Below the pieces are notes generated by a model that saw only the letters and a program-made list of their open reading frames with translations, did no database searches and had not been told where the DNA came from. This document shows, one piece after another, positions 1-8,584 of a DNA stretch of 31,618 nucleotides; the first letter of the stretch is position 1; each line of letters opens with the position of its first letter. The position numbers and the translations under genes are program-made. This stretch comes from Fimbriimonadia bacterium (GTDB lineage Bacteria > Armatimonadota > Fimbriimonadia > Fimbriimonadales > JABRVX01). The stretch covers positions 1 to 31,618 of the forward strand of contig JBGPGO010000027.1 of NCBI GenBank assembly GCA_041483895.1, in the 5' to 3' direction.

Positions 1-96
1 ACCGCAACGGACGGATTGTACGACATCTGGTTTTGCGCCAAACGGATCGGTCAGATTAATCTTAGAACGGACAAAAACCAGGACAATCATGTGTAA
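1..96 (+). CDS. C-terminal fragment of IS481-family transposase (truncated by window start)
   Basis: Frame 1 reads TATDGLYDIWFCAKRIGQINLRTDKNQDNHV* (TAA 94-96). This resembles the DGxYxVxFxxxxIGxIDL C-terminus of IS481 transposases and is directly followed by an IS481-like end. Confidence 0.7.
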   Translation, partial: TATDGLYDIWFCAKRIGQINLRTDKNQDNHV

Positions 97-140
97 ACCA
101 TGTCTCCGAACACCAGTAAACTATCTCCCCGGTCTAAACA
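1..140 (+). mobile_element. Right end of IS481-family insertion sequence
   Basis: Sequence TGTAAACCATGTCTCCGAACACCAGTAAACTATCTCCCCGGTCTAAACA ends in ACA at 140 (5'-TGT on the other strand). It contains two copies of GTAAACYATSTCYCCG (93-108, 116-131), as expected of IS481 terminal repeats. Confidence 0.72.
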
Positions 141-170
141 CTTTGCGGGGGAGGGTTAGGGTGGGGGCGG
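141..170 (-). repeat. Half of a REP-like palindrome (CCCCCACCCTAACCCTCCCCCGCAAAG), interrupted by the IS end
   Basis: The reverse complement matches the leader and left arm of the intact hairpin at 3974-4010. Confidence 0.7.
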
Positions 171-242
171 ATTTGTGTTGGGGTCTGGGGTTGTCACCGT
201 TTCGTCGGTTTCGGCGCGCGAGGACCCCAACACATCGGGAAA
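171..242. repeat. 72-bp inverted-repeat element (TGTGTTGGGGTC...GACCCCAACACA), copy 1
   Basis: 12-bp inverted repeat at 174-185 and 223-234. Positions 218-242 are the exact reverse complement of 6738-6762. Confidence 0.8.
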
Positions 243-282
243 GATTTTCATTGATGATCGCATCATCAAGCGGGGATTCTGA

Positions 283-675
283 TTGAAACGCATCGTTTTT
301 ATCTGCTGGGCCAATCGGATCCGGTCGCAGATGGCGGAGGGCTGGGGGCAACATTTGGCGGGTGACAGGATCATCTTCGAAAGCGCCGGCGTCGCCGGCT
401 ACGGCACAGTGATGGCAGAGGCCGTCGAGGTGATGGCGGAGGTCGGCATCGATATCAGCGGCCGCATGGCGACTCCCATGGAAGAGGTGGACTGGGAGAA
501 CATAGACCTGGCGGTCTTCCTGCTGGACAATCCCCCACTCCCCCCGTCCACCTTCACCGGCGCCCTTCTCCATCGCCCGGTCGGCGACCCATTTGGCCGG
601 GACCTGGACACCTTTCGGCGAGTGCGGGACGAGATTTCTCGGCTGATTCGTGATGTCATCGCTGGTCTCGAATAG
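283..675 (+). CDS. ArsC/low-molecular-weight protein-tyrosine-phosphatase family protein
   Basis: P-loop CWANRIRSQMAE (CX5R), SAG, GIDIS, DP acid loop and FRRVRDEI. TTG start. Confidence 0.85.
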   Translation: MKRIVFICWANRIRSQMAEGWGQHLAGDRIIFESAGVAGYGTVMAEAVEVMAEVGIDISGRMATPMEEVDWENIDLAVFLLDNPPLPPSTFTGALLHRPVGDPFGRDLDTFRRVRDEISRLIRDVIAGLE

Positions 676-1075
676 TAGTGTCTTCTGAATCTAGGACATG
701 ATTCTGCCGCACAGTTTTCGTCTTCGGCTTCCAGAATAGGATGAGCGGAATTCCCATAATTCCCTTGCAATTCCATTCTCCATTCTCAAGCACTTCCAAT
801 CGCCAGGAATAGGGAAATCTTCCCCGTTGAAAGGTGATGAGCCGGGCGCGATCCGTGAGCGCCGTCCAAAACAGCCGGACGCCTGGTTCTACCTCACTGA
901 AGTGCCAATGCCAAGTTTCGCAGTAAACAACCGGACCTTGCTTCTCATCAACGATTGAGACGTCGAAGCCGCTATCATCCCGCGCCCGAACCCTGATCTC
1001 GAACTTGTCCTCCTCATAAGCGACCCCGAATCGCTGAAGCTCCATCTTGATTTTCTCGAACCAATCCGAAGCCAT
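656..1075 (-). CDS. Hypothetical protein (139 aa)
   Basis: The ATG lies 2 nt after the upstream gene's stop on the same strand and the composition looks globular. No family recognised. Confidence 0.65.
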   Translation of the reverse strand: MASDWFEKIKMELQRFGVAYEEDKFEIRVRARDDSGFDVSIVDEKQGPVVYCETWHWHFSEVEPGVRLFWTALTDRARLITFQRGRFPYSWRLEVLENGEWNCKGIMGIPLILFWKPKTKTVRQNHVLDSEDTTIRDQR

Positions 1076-1077
1076 GC

Positions 1078-1980
1078 CTATGTCGGGCTCTCTAAAGCTG
1101 CAAGCCGCTCGCCCATCCTCGTCAACTCCGCCGCCTCGGCATAATGTGTCTCGATGATCCAGGGGGCGTCTTTAGGGAAGGCCGAGAGTTCGGCCCGGAA
1201 GTCCACTTCGCCCGCTCCCATCGCCAGGTGGTCCTGACCGCGGAGGGTGTCATGCACATGCAGGGCGATGCCGCGGGAGGCCCACCGGTCGCGGTAGGCG
1301 TGGGGCGGATAGATTCCCAGATACTCGAGTACGGCCGCGTGGCCCATGTCGTGCCAGTACCCCGCGACATCCGGCGCCAAATCCAGAAACGCCCCGATCT
1401 CGTCCAGCCCAGGGATCTCGTGAAAGTAGAACCGATTCTCCACGCCGATCTTGATCCCAAGGGACCGCGCCGCCGAAATAATCTGAGAAAAGCTGTCGAG
1501 CGCCCGTTTCAAATGCTCCCCGACCTGCCGCTCGCGCTCCCGAAGCAAATCATCCAGGCCCGCGGGCTGCCCCGCCCGCACCCGCTCGATGGCCTTTTTC
1601 TGCGCCTCTTTCGCTCCCGGAATCTCGGTCGTCCCCCAGTGACCCACCATCAGCTTGGCGCCCAGCCGCGCCGCGGTTTCCAGCGTCCGGATGGTGTTCT
1701 CGATGCCCGCCTTTCGTACCGAGGCGTCCGGGGAAGAGAAATGGAACAGGTCGCCGCCCCCGCGCGTCCGCTCGATGCCCTGCGGCACGGGGCAGTAGTT
1801 GTGGACGCTGATCACCTCGATCTCGCCGCCCCGTACCATCCGCTCGGTCTCCCGCACCATCTCTTCGGAAAAGTGGACGTTGACCTCGAAGCGGCGGAAG
1901 CCGAGGGAAATCAGTTCGTCGAAGAGCGAGCGGGCGCTATCGTGGCGCTTGGCGTTCCATGCGGTCGAAAGTGCGATCAC
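1078..1980 (-). CDS. Sugar phosphate isomerase/epimerase (xylose-isomerase-like TIM barrel)
   Basis: Motifs SVHNYCP, GVENR, WHDMGH, LHVHD, DHLAMGAGEVDF and IIE. Start reassigned to GTG 1980 (VIALSTAW) because the longer ORF overlaps folK. Confidence 0.85.
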   Translation of the reverse strand: MIALSTAWNAKRHDSARSLFDELISLGFRRFEVNVHFSEEMVRETERMVRGGEIEVISVHNYCPVPQGIERTRGGGDLFHFSSPDASVRKAGIENTIRTLETAARLGAKLMVGHWGTTEIPGAKEAQKKAIERVRAGQPAGLDDLLRERERQVGEHLKRALDSFSQIISAARSLGIKIGVENRFYFHEIPGLDEIGAFLDLAPDVAGYWHDMGHAAVLEYLGIYPPHAYRDRWASRGIALHVHDTLRGQDHLAMGAGEVDFRAELSAFPKDAPWIIETHYAEAAELTRMGERLAALESPT

Positions 1981-1986
1981 GTCATG

Positions 1987-1992
1987 AGAATA
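1987..1992 (-). promoter_or_regulatory. -10-like hexamer TATTCT, probable leaderless promoter
   Basis: TANNNT 6 nt upstream of GTG 1980, with no Shine-Dalgarno. Confidence 0.5.
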
Positions 1993-2094
1993 CCGTAACG
2001 CTACCGGCGCCCCCCGGGAAAGAACCGATGCGCCGGGGTTCACTACAAAGACGACCTTCCGACCTCCAACAACCCAGACCCCGGCGCAAAGGGG

Positions 2095-2100
2095 TACGAT
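2095..2100 (+). promoter_or_regulatory. -10-like hexamer TACGAT, probable leaderless promoter of folK operon
   Basis: TANNNT 6 nt upstream of ATG 2107. Confidence 0.55.
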
Positions 2101-2106
2101 TCCAAC

Positions 2107-2607
2107 ATGGCGACGGTCTATTTCGGCCTGGGATCGAACGTTGGCGACCCGGAATCCCATCTACAATATGGATTGCGGGAGCTTGCCGCACGGGTCGGCC
2201 CTATCACGAAGGTCTCATCCACCTACGTGACCGCCCCATACGATGCGCCGGAGCAGCCGGACTTTCACAATCGGGTCGCCGAATGTGAAACCGACCTGCC
2301 GCCCGAAGAGGTACTTACATCGGCCCTGGCAATCGAGCGGGCGAGGGGACGGACGCGGGACCAAGTGCGCGGCCCCCGGACGCTGGACATCGATCTGCTG
2401 CTCTACGCCGGCGAAGAGCGGGAGACCCAATGGCTGGAGCTGCCGCATCCAAGAATGGAAGAGAGGGCGTTCGTCATCGTTCCATTGGCAGAGATCGCGC
2501 CCGATCTCATATTGCCAAGCGGTCGGATAGCGCGGGAGCGAGCGGAAGACCCGGACATCCAAAATCAGCGAGTGCAAAAGCAGCCGAATGGCATATTTTC
2601 GATATGA
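2107..2607 (+). CDS. folK: 2-amino-4-hydroxy-6-hydroxymethyldihydropteridine diphosphokinase (HPPK)
   Basis: Motifs YFGLGSNVGD, QPDFHN, IE..GR.R, GPRTLDIDLLLY and LPHPRMEERAFVIVPL. Confidence 0.95.
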   Translation: MATVYFGLGSNVGDPESHLQYGLRELAARVGPITKVSSTYVTAPYDAPEQPDFHNRVAECETDLPPEEVLTSALAIERARGRTRDQVRGPRTLDIDLLLYAGEERETQWLELPHPRMEERAFVIVPLAEIAPDLILPSGRIARERAEDPDIQNQRVQKQPNGIFSI

Positions 2608-3841
2608 GGTAGCGGACAACAAGGGCAAAGTGGTGAGCGGCACTATGCAGGCCGACACGCAGCACGAGGTCGTCCGACGGCTGCAAGAGAGCGGCTACAC
2701 CATTCGCGGCGTGCAATCGACGGCGCAACAGCAGCAGCGGCCTGTGCAAGAACAGCCGAGGGTGATCGCCCACCCGCCACAAGATTATGTGAAGGGAAGG
2801 GCCTCGGACAAGGACCTGTTCCTGTTTTTCTCGCAACTGGCCTCATTGCTAAAGGCGGGCATCAATCCGATGGACGCCCTGGGCAGCCTGTCCCAGCGCA
2901 CCTCGAAACGGGTCCTAAAGCAGGCGGCGACGGAGATGTCGCAGGCCGCGCTTAACGGCTATCCGATTTCGGTGGTGATGGAACGCTATCAGGCATTTCC
3001 CGGCTATGCGGTTGGCGGCGTACGGGCCGGGGAGCTGTCCGGTACGCTGCCGGATGCGGCTCTCGAACTTGCCGAACAATTCGGAAATTCGGCCCGATAT
3101 AAGCGGTGGTTTTGGCTGCCGCGTCTGGGGACGTGGCAGGCGGTATTTATCTTGACATTCGGTCTCCCATTCGCTCCCTCCTTTTGGGCAGGGTTGCAAT
3201 CGGGTTCTTTGTCATTTGAAGGCACGATTTCTGCCATGAGCAAGACGTATCTTCATCAGTTGTTCACCTTATCTATTCCCTTAACGATAGGACTGTTTCT
3301 CGCCTACTACCTGCTCAAATGGCTCCTTGGCGGGCCAAGTGGAACAAGGCTGCGCCACCAATGGGTGCTCAACACGCCGTATGGGATCGGTCGGCGAGCA
3401 TCGATGGAATCGCTGCGCATTTTTCTTTCGCAGCTATGGCGGCTGAATCGCGCCGCGCTGCCGCCGAGCACAGCATGGAACGCGGCGGCCGGGTCCGTGC
3501 CGAACATCGTTTATAGAGATCGACTCCTCGTTGCAGGCGCCGAGATCGAGCGGGGTGTCGGCGTGCCGGAGGCGGCGCAATCCAGCGGTCTTTTCACGCA
3601 CGATCAGATTTCTCTCCTCGCGACCGGACGACAATCGGGCGATATGGTGGCGATGCTTGAGCATTTGAAGCAAATGTACGATTACGAGTTCGAGGCGAGT
3701 GAAGTGCAGGCGAAACGAGGTACGTTCAGCCTCGGCTGCTTGATGTTGATAATTGGAACCGGAATCATCATGATATTGTTGGCGAAGGGATTGTATGGCG
3801 ATTTGATTCCGAACGTAGATAAGTTCATGGAAGGGAAATGA
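2588..3841 (+). CDS. Type II secretion system F family / PilC-like inner membrane protein
   Basis: N-terminus FRYEVADNKGKVVSG, FFSQLASLLKAGI, AGELSGTL, TGRQSGDM and predicted TM segments. Confidence 0.88.
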   Translation: MAYFRYEVADNKGKVVSGTMQADTQHEVVRRLQESGYTIRGVQSTAQQQQRPVQEQPRVIAHPPQDYVKGRASDKDLFLFFSQLASLLKAGINPMDALGSLSQRTSKRVLKQAATEMSQAALNGYPISVVMERYQAFPGYAVGGVRAGELSGTLPDAALELAEQFGNSARYKRWFWLPRLGTWQAVFILTFGLPFAPSFWAGLQSGSLSFEGTISAMSKTYLHQLFTLSIPLTIGLFLAYYLLKWLLGGPSGTRLRHQWVLNTPYGIGRRASMESLRIFLSQLWRLNRAALPPSTAWNAAAGSVPNIVYRDRLLVAGAEIERGVGVPEAAQSSGLFTHDQISLLATGRQSGDMVAMLEHLKQMYDYEFEASEVQAKRGTFSLGCLMLIIGTGIIMILLAKGLYGDLIPNVDKFMEGK

Positions 3842-5232
3842 CCGAGTTTCGATACATCGCGACGAATGAAGTGGGGGAAGAGGTCTCCGGGACCCTCCAG
3901 GCGGCGGATTTCGGTGACGTTGCCATGCGCCTGTTGGAGAAGGGGTACCAGGTCAAGTCCGTTCAGGTCGCCGGCCCCCACCCCACCCCTCCCCCGCTAG
4001 CGGGGGAGGGAATAAGCAACGATGCGACCGGTCTCCTGACCGAGTCGCAGGATTCTCGCGGGTCTCCTGACCCGGCGACTCGGTCAGGAGACCGGTCGCA
4101 TCAACAGGCTGACCTGGCGACTCGGTCAGGAGACCGGTCGCATCAACAGCCATTGGAGCGGACCGCGACGGCAGAGCGAACAGTGGAACGAGAGGAAATC
4201 CCGAGATACAGGCAGCTCACGCCGCAGCCGTTCAAGAAGCGCCACGGGCGTCTTAGCCCCTATATCCTGGCCCCTTTCTATCGCCAATTCGCCGTCCTGT
4301 ACAAGGCCGGGGTGCCGATGCAATCGTCCCTGGAATCGCTCGCCAAGCAGACACGCAGCCCTCGGCTTTCTCGCATCGTCCTGGAAATCCAGCGCGACGT
4401 GCTGTCCGGCATCTCCCTCACCGACAGCATGGCCCGCCATTCGCCTGCGTTTTCCGATGTGGACCTTTCGATCATGCGCTCCGCCGAGCACGGCGGCTTT
4501 GTGGACCGGGCGCTCGTGCACCTCGCCGACTACATGGACCATGAGATCGAACTGCGCCGCATCTTGCGCTCCGCCCTCTTCTATCCGGTGGCCACAATCG
4601 TCGTCGCCGTCTTCGTTTTCATCCTTCTCTGTTTTGTGATGGGTCCGGAGATTTTTGGCGACTGGGTGACAAACCCGCAATTCTGGATGACTCTCGGCAT
4701 CGCCATTGTGGCGCTCTTCGTCGGGTTCCGATCGCTCATGCAGGTGGGTGGTTTCCGGCTGGCGTGGGAGCATGTTCTCCTTTCGATTCCGTTTCTCGGA
4801 AACACGCGGCACATGACCACCATGGTGAAGTTTGGGCGCGCGTTGGGCGCGTTGTATCAGAGCGGGGTGGCGTTGCCAAGCGCCCTGCGGCTCGCTTCCG
4901 ACGCCTCCGGCAGCGACGTGCTTCGCGTGGGGGTCTACGAAGCGGCGCAGGGAATCGAGAGTGGCGTGTCCATCTCCGAATCGCTCGGCAGGACCGGCGT
5001 GATGAGCCCGATGATGATGGACATGATCCGCACGGGTGAAAACACCGGCGAGCTGGATCAGATGCTGGAAAAGGTGGCGGATTTTTCGGAGGAAGAGGCG
5101 AAGGTTCGGATACGTCAGTCGGGCATCTCGTTCGGAATTCTTGTCTATATTGTCGCGGCGCTGATGGTGCTTTACATCCTGCTGAAGGCATATAGCGGCT
5201 ATTTCGCCGGCATCTTCAAAGCGGCGCAATAA
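3838..5232 (+). CDS. Second T2SS-F/PilC-like protein with a REP-derived in-frame insertion
   Basis: FYRQFAVLYKAGVP, SAEHGGFVD, YP, LYQSGV and TGENTGELDQMLEKVADF. ATGA overlap with the previous gene. Confidence 0.9.
   Translation: MTEFRYIATNEVGEEVSGTLQAADFGDVAMRLLEKGYQVKSVQVAGPHPTPPPLAGEGISNDATGLLTESQDSRGSPDPATRSGDRSHQQADLATRSGDRSHQQPLERTATAERTVEREEIPRYRQLTPQPFKKRHGRLSPYILAPFYRQFAVLYKAGVPMQSSLESLAKQTRSPRLSRIVLEIQRDVLSGISLTDSMARHSPAFSDVDLSIMRSAEHGGFVDRALVHLADYMDHEIELRRILRSALFYPVATIVVAVFVFILLCFVMGPEIFGDWVTNPQFWMTLGIAIVALFVGFRSLMQVGGFRLAWEHVLLSIPFLGNTRHMTTMVKFGRALGALYQSGVALPSALRLASDASGSDVLRVGVYEAAQGIESGVSISESLGRTGVMSPMMMDMIRTGENTGELDQMLEKVADFSEEEAKVRIRQSGISFGILVYIVAALMVLYILLKAYSGYFAGIFKAAQ
3974..4010. 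repeat. REP-like hairpin inside CDS
   Basis: Perfect 24-bp palindrome CCCTCCCCCGCTAGCGGGGGAGGG at 3987-4010 with a CCCCCACCCCA leader. Same family as 141-170. Confidence 0.85.
4021..4149. repeat. Cluster of three 28-bp REP-like units inside CDS
   Basis: GATGCGACCGGTCTCCTGACCGAGTCGC at 4021-4048, with exact reverse complements at 4075-4102 and 4117-4144 (42-bp tandem period). Confidence 0.9.
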
Positions 5233-6335
5233 TGGCGTTTGTCGATCACTATTCCGTTCTCGGCCTGTCACCCACCGCGACGCAAGACACCATCAAGCGG
5301 CGGTATCGCGAGTTGGTGCGAACGATTCATCCCGACGTGAATCAGGGATCGGCTGAGCAGTTCCGATTGGTGACGGAGAGCTATCAGGTGCTCTCCGACC
5401 CGGATCGGCGGAAGCACTTTGACGTGATCCGTGGCCTGCACAAAAACGGCCCGCCGCCCACGACGTCCAAGCCTCGGCCGGAACCGAAATCAGCAACGAA
5501 AACAGCGCCTCCCAAGGAGAAGCCTGCGACGAAGGGGATGTCTGGCGATCTCAAAGATCGAATCGCGGCTGCTCAGAGAATGTTCGCGGCGGGACGGCTG
5601 CGGGATGCCCAGACGGCGGCGGAAGACCTGATCAAATCCCATCCGCGATTGGGTTTAGCCTACGCGCTGCTGGGCGATGTGTACCGATCGCAACAGGACC
5701 TGCGCCGGGCGGCCAAGATGTACTCGCTGGCGATTCAATTTGAGGCGAAAGATTCGAGCTTTCAGCGCCGGTACGAGCAGATTTTGGATGAGTTGGAGAA
5801 GTTGAGCGCCGAGCAAGCGATGAGCGTCGAGGATCGGCAGCGAGCGTTCGGGCGCGTTTTGCTGGCGCAGGCGATCGTCCAGTTAGCGCTTATGACGGCG
5901 GTACTCATCGCCAACCAACGCCCGATAGATCTGCTGCCGGTGATCAGCTCCTGGACCCCGGCGCTTTTTATCTGCCTTTTGCTGAGCGGCTTCGCGACCG
6001 GGGCGATTCTCTCCATCGCGGGTCAATTGGAGCGGTGGGATTCGCTTGGCAGCCACGGGGGCAATTTTTCGCGCGCGGGGCTGCTCGGAGTCATTGCGCT
6101 GATCAACTTCTGGGTTTCCGCGCTCTGGTATGTGATCACGGCGATGCTGCAAGATGCTTTCACCCCGGCGCTGAATACGCTGTTCGCATGGACGATTGTT
6201 CTTACCGTCGCTTTCACGATGGCGTTTGCCGTCGGGCAGTTTCACGACGCCATGCAGGCGCTGCTCTGGGGCGGCAACCTCATCTTCCTTGGCGCCCTGG
6301 CTGGGTGGCGGATTGTGGACGGCATTAAAGGGTGA
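5232..6335 (+). CDS. DnaJ J-domain protein with TPR region and multi-pass C-terminal membrane domain
   Basis: DHYSVLGL...HPD...YQVLSDP J-domain, TPR-like AYALLGDVY...AAKMYSLAIQF, and about 5-6 hydrophobic helices. Confidence 0.85.
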   Translation: MAFVDHYSVLGLSPTATQDTIKRRYRELVRTIHPDVNQGSAEQFRLVTESYQVLSDPDRRKHFDVIRGLHKNGPPPTTSKPRPEPKSATKTAPPKEKPATKGMSGDLKDRIAAAQRMFAAGRLRDAQTAAEDLIKSHPRLGLAYALLGDVYRSQQDLRRAAKMYSLAIQFEAKDSSFQRRYEQILDELEKLSAEQAMSVEDRQRAFGRVLLAQAIVQLALMTAVLIANQRPIDLLPVISSWTPALFICLLLSGFATGAILSIAGQLERWDSLGSHGGNFSRAGLLGVIALINFWVSALWYVITAMLQDAFTPALNTLFAWTIVLTVAFTMAFAVGQFHDAMQALLWGGNLIFLGALAGWRIVDGIKG

Positions 6336-6571
6336 CACCTATGGAACAATATCTTGTAATTACTTTACTACTCGTGGCATCGTTTTCAATCCACTTATTT
6401 CTGATTGTGTTCCTGCTCTGTCGCGAAAGGGGCATTAGCGGTCTGAGGGATGGCTGGCGCATCCTCCGACATCCAAAGATGGGCTTGGTCGTTGTCATCG
6501 CTTCCATGCTATGTGGGGTGATAGATGTCGCAGCATGCTGGGTGGTGGCAATGCTAATCCGCCCGCAGTAA
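6332..6571 (+). CDS. Small hypothetical membrane protein (79 aa)
   Basis: GTGA overlap with the preceding stop and two hydrophobic segments. Confidence 0.5.
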   Translation: MTPMEQYLVITLLLVASFSIHLFLIVFLLCRERGISGLRDGWRILRHPKMGLVVVIASMLCGVIDVAACWVVAMLIRPQ

Positions 6572-6599
6572 CATTGCATTTGATGTCCCCCACTATGAA

Positions 6600-6809
6600 G
6601 TGTTTGGGTCTTCGGGGCAGGAATGCGGGAGGATATCGGCAAACGAGTACCCCAACACAACAACCCCACCTCCGGAGATGAGAACTAGGGCGGTCTCATA
6701 GGTCGTATAGGACGTATTAGACCTATACGTCTTATGGTTTCCCGATGTGTTGGGGTCCTCGCCAGTCCGTACCTTCTCACATGCCGACCCCAAAGACCCA
6801 AACACAAAT
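6600..6809. repeat. Intergenic cluster of palindromic repeats
   Basis: 6738-6809 is an inverted copy of the 171-242 element and 6600-6659 is a degenerate copy. 6697-6736 is a separate hairpin (CGTATAGG...CCTATACG). Confidence 0.75.
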
Positions 6810-6837
6810 ATATTTTCAATAATTACTGAAAAATGAG

Positions 6838-6843
6838 TATACT
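6838..6843 (+). promoter_or_regulatory. -10-like hexamer TATACT, probable leaderless promoter
   Basis: TANNNT 5 nt upstream of ATG 6849. Confidence 0.55.
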
Positions 6844-6848
6844 GGCCC

Positions 6849-7574
6849 ATGATGGGAAGCACGCAAGCGCCAGTGAAGCCGTGGCAGACGGTGGGGGAAG
6901 AACGCAGCACATACGCGCGGCGCCTATTCGGTGACATCGCGGGCGTCTACGACCTCCAGAACAGCCTCATGACCCTGGGCGGCCACCACCGGTGGCGTCG
7001 CCGGGCCGTGAAACTGCTAGATCTGAAGCCGGGGGAATGCTCGCTCGACCTCTGTTGCGGGACGGGGGACTTCGCCGTCGCGCTGGCCCACGCAGGCAGC
7101 GCGAGCATCACGGCCATCGATTTCAGCGAGCCGATGCTGGTGCGGGCCAAGTCTAAGACTGCCAAGTACGGGGTAGGAATTGCCCTGGCCGACGCCCTGC
7201 ACCTGCCGCTTGCCGACTCATCGATGGACGCTATCACCGTAGGCTGGGGGATCCGCAATCTGGGCGATATCCGAGCCGGATTTGCAGAAATGTTCCGCGT
7301 CCTTCGGCCCGGCGGGCGCTTCGTCGTGCTGGATATGGCCAAGCCGACGGGACCCTTTGCGGGCATTGCGACCTGGAGCTTCAAACACCTAACGCCGCTG
7401 ATTGGGGCTCTCGTAGGGCAGCGGGAGGCCTATCGCTATCTGCCTAATTCCGTGGACAACTTCCCCAGCCGCGAGGAGTTGAAACGAACAGCGGAGGATG
7501 TCGGCTTCTCGAACGTGGACATCCACAACCTGACGCCGTGGGGCATCTGCGTCATCCATCGGGGGGTGAAGTAG
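6849..7574 (+). CDS. menG: Demethylmenaquinone methyltransferase (UbiE/MenG)
   Basis: F..IA..YDL.N.LMTLG.H..W, LDLCCGTGD (SAM motif), GWGIRN, EMFRVLRPGGR and AYRYLPNS. Confidence 0.92.
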   Translation: MMGSTQAPVKPWQTVGEERSTYARRLFGDIAGVYDLQNSLMTLGGHHRWRRRAVKLLDLKPGECSLDLCCGTGDFAVALAHAGSASITAIDFSEPMLVRAKSKTAKYGVGIALADALHLPLADSSMDAITVGWGIRNLGDIRAGFAEMFRVLRPGGRFVVLDMAKPTGPFAGIATWSFKHLTPLIGALVGQREAYRYLPNSVDNFPSREELKRTAEDVGFSNVDIHNLTPWGICVIHRGVK

Positions 7575-8584
7575 TGGCGTTGCCGAGCCTGGAAGCCGTG
7601 GGACGCGTGGCCGCCCCGGACCTGATGCTGGCGATAGCGGACGACATCCAGGCGGTCGAATTCCTTATCACCCAGGAGCTGGAGTCGGAGGAATTGGTGG
7701 TCACGGAACTGGCCCGCCACACATTCGGCGGTGGGGGTAAGCGGTTGCGGCCGGCGATGGTGAGCCTGGCGGCACGCGCGGTCGGCAAGCCTTACCAAAG
7801 CACGAGAGTCATAAGGGCCGGGGCGTCGATGGAAATGATCCACATGGCAACGCTGATCCACGATGATGTGATCGATGAAAGCCGTACGCGGCGCGGAAGG
7901 CCGACTGCCAACTCCCTATATGGAAATCGCACCTCTATTTTGTCCGGCGATGTGCTCCTTAGCAAGGCGCTGCGTCTGTTGGCGCTGGACGGGGACAACA
8001 AAGTGATCCGCACGGTGGCGGAGGCGGTCGCGGCGATGAGCGAGGGAGAGGTGGCGGAGGTGCAGGCGATGGGTTGCCTGGACCTCAACCCGCAGGCGCA
8101 TTTTGAGATCGTTCGGAAAAAGACCGCCGTCTTTATTGAATGCTGCTGCCGAATCGGCGCGCAGATCGCCGGGGCGGACGAGCGTTTGGAAGAGCGGCTC
8201 GGTCTGTATGGCCATCATGTCGGTATGGCGTTCCAGTTTGCCGACGATATTTTGGATTTCAAGGGCGATCCGGAAAAGACGGGCAAGGCGATTGGGGGCG
8301 ATTTCCGAGAGGGCTGTGCGACGCTGCCCCTTATCCATGCGCTGGCTCGTACCAGCCAATCGGAGCGGCACCAGATCGAGCGAACCTTTGGACAGAACCC
8401 GGACGATGGCAGCATCCGAGCGGTAGTGGAGATGATCGACCGCGCGGGCGGGTTTGACCACACGCGGGAGGTGGCGGCCGCCCACGTGCAGTCCGCCGTG
8501 GCGTCGCTGGCGGCCATCGGGGAGACGCCGGTGCGCGAATGCCTCTATTCCATCGCCGATTTCGTGGTCTCGCGCGATCGATGA
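7574..8584 (+). CDS. Long-chain polyprenyl diphosphate synthase
   Basis: GGKRLRP, first Asp-rich motif HDDVID..RRG, KT and second motif FQFADDILD. Start placed at GTG 7574, overlapping the menG stop. Confidence 0.92.
   Translation: MALPSLEAVGRVAAPDLMLAIADDIQAVEFLITQELESEELVVTELARHTFGGGGKRLRPAMVSLAARAVGKPYQSTRVIRAGASMEMIHMATLIHDDVIDESRTRRGRPTANSLYGNRTSILSGDVLLSKALRLLALDGDNKVIRTVAEAVAAMSEGEVAEVQAMGCLDLNPQAHFEIVRKKTAVFIECCCRIGAQIAGADERLEERLGLYGHHVGMAFQFADDILDFKGDPEKTGKAIGGDFREGCATLPLIHALARTSQSERHQIERTFGQNPDDGSIRAVVEMIDRAGGFDHTREVAAAHVQSAVASLAAIGETPVRECLYSIADFVVSRDR

Noticed and set aside
4126..5271. Long antisense or alternate-frame ORFs (also 1144-1998, 21070-22005, 22072-23121)
   Set aside because: They are shadows of well-supported genes in high-GC DNA and have no recognisable motifs.
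6593..6937. 114-aa minus-strand ORF
   Set aside because: It spans palindromic repeats (EDPNTS twice) and overlaps menG, so it is likely spurious.
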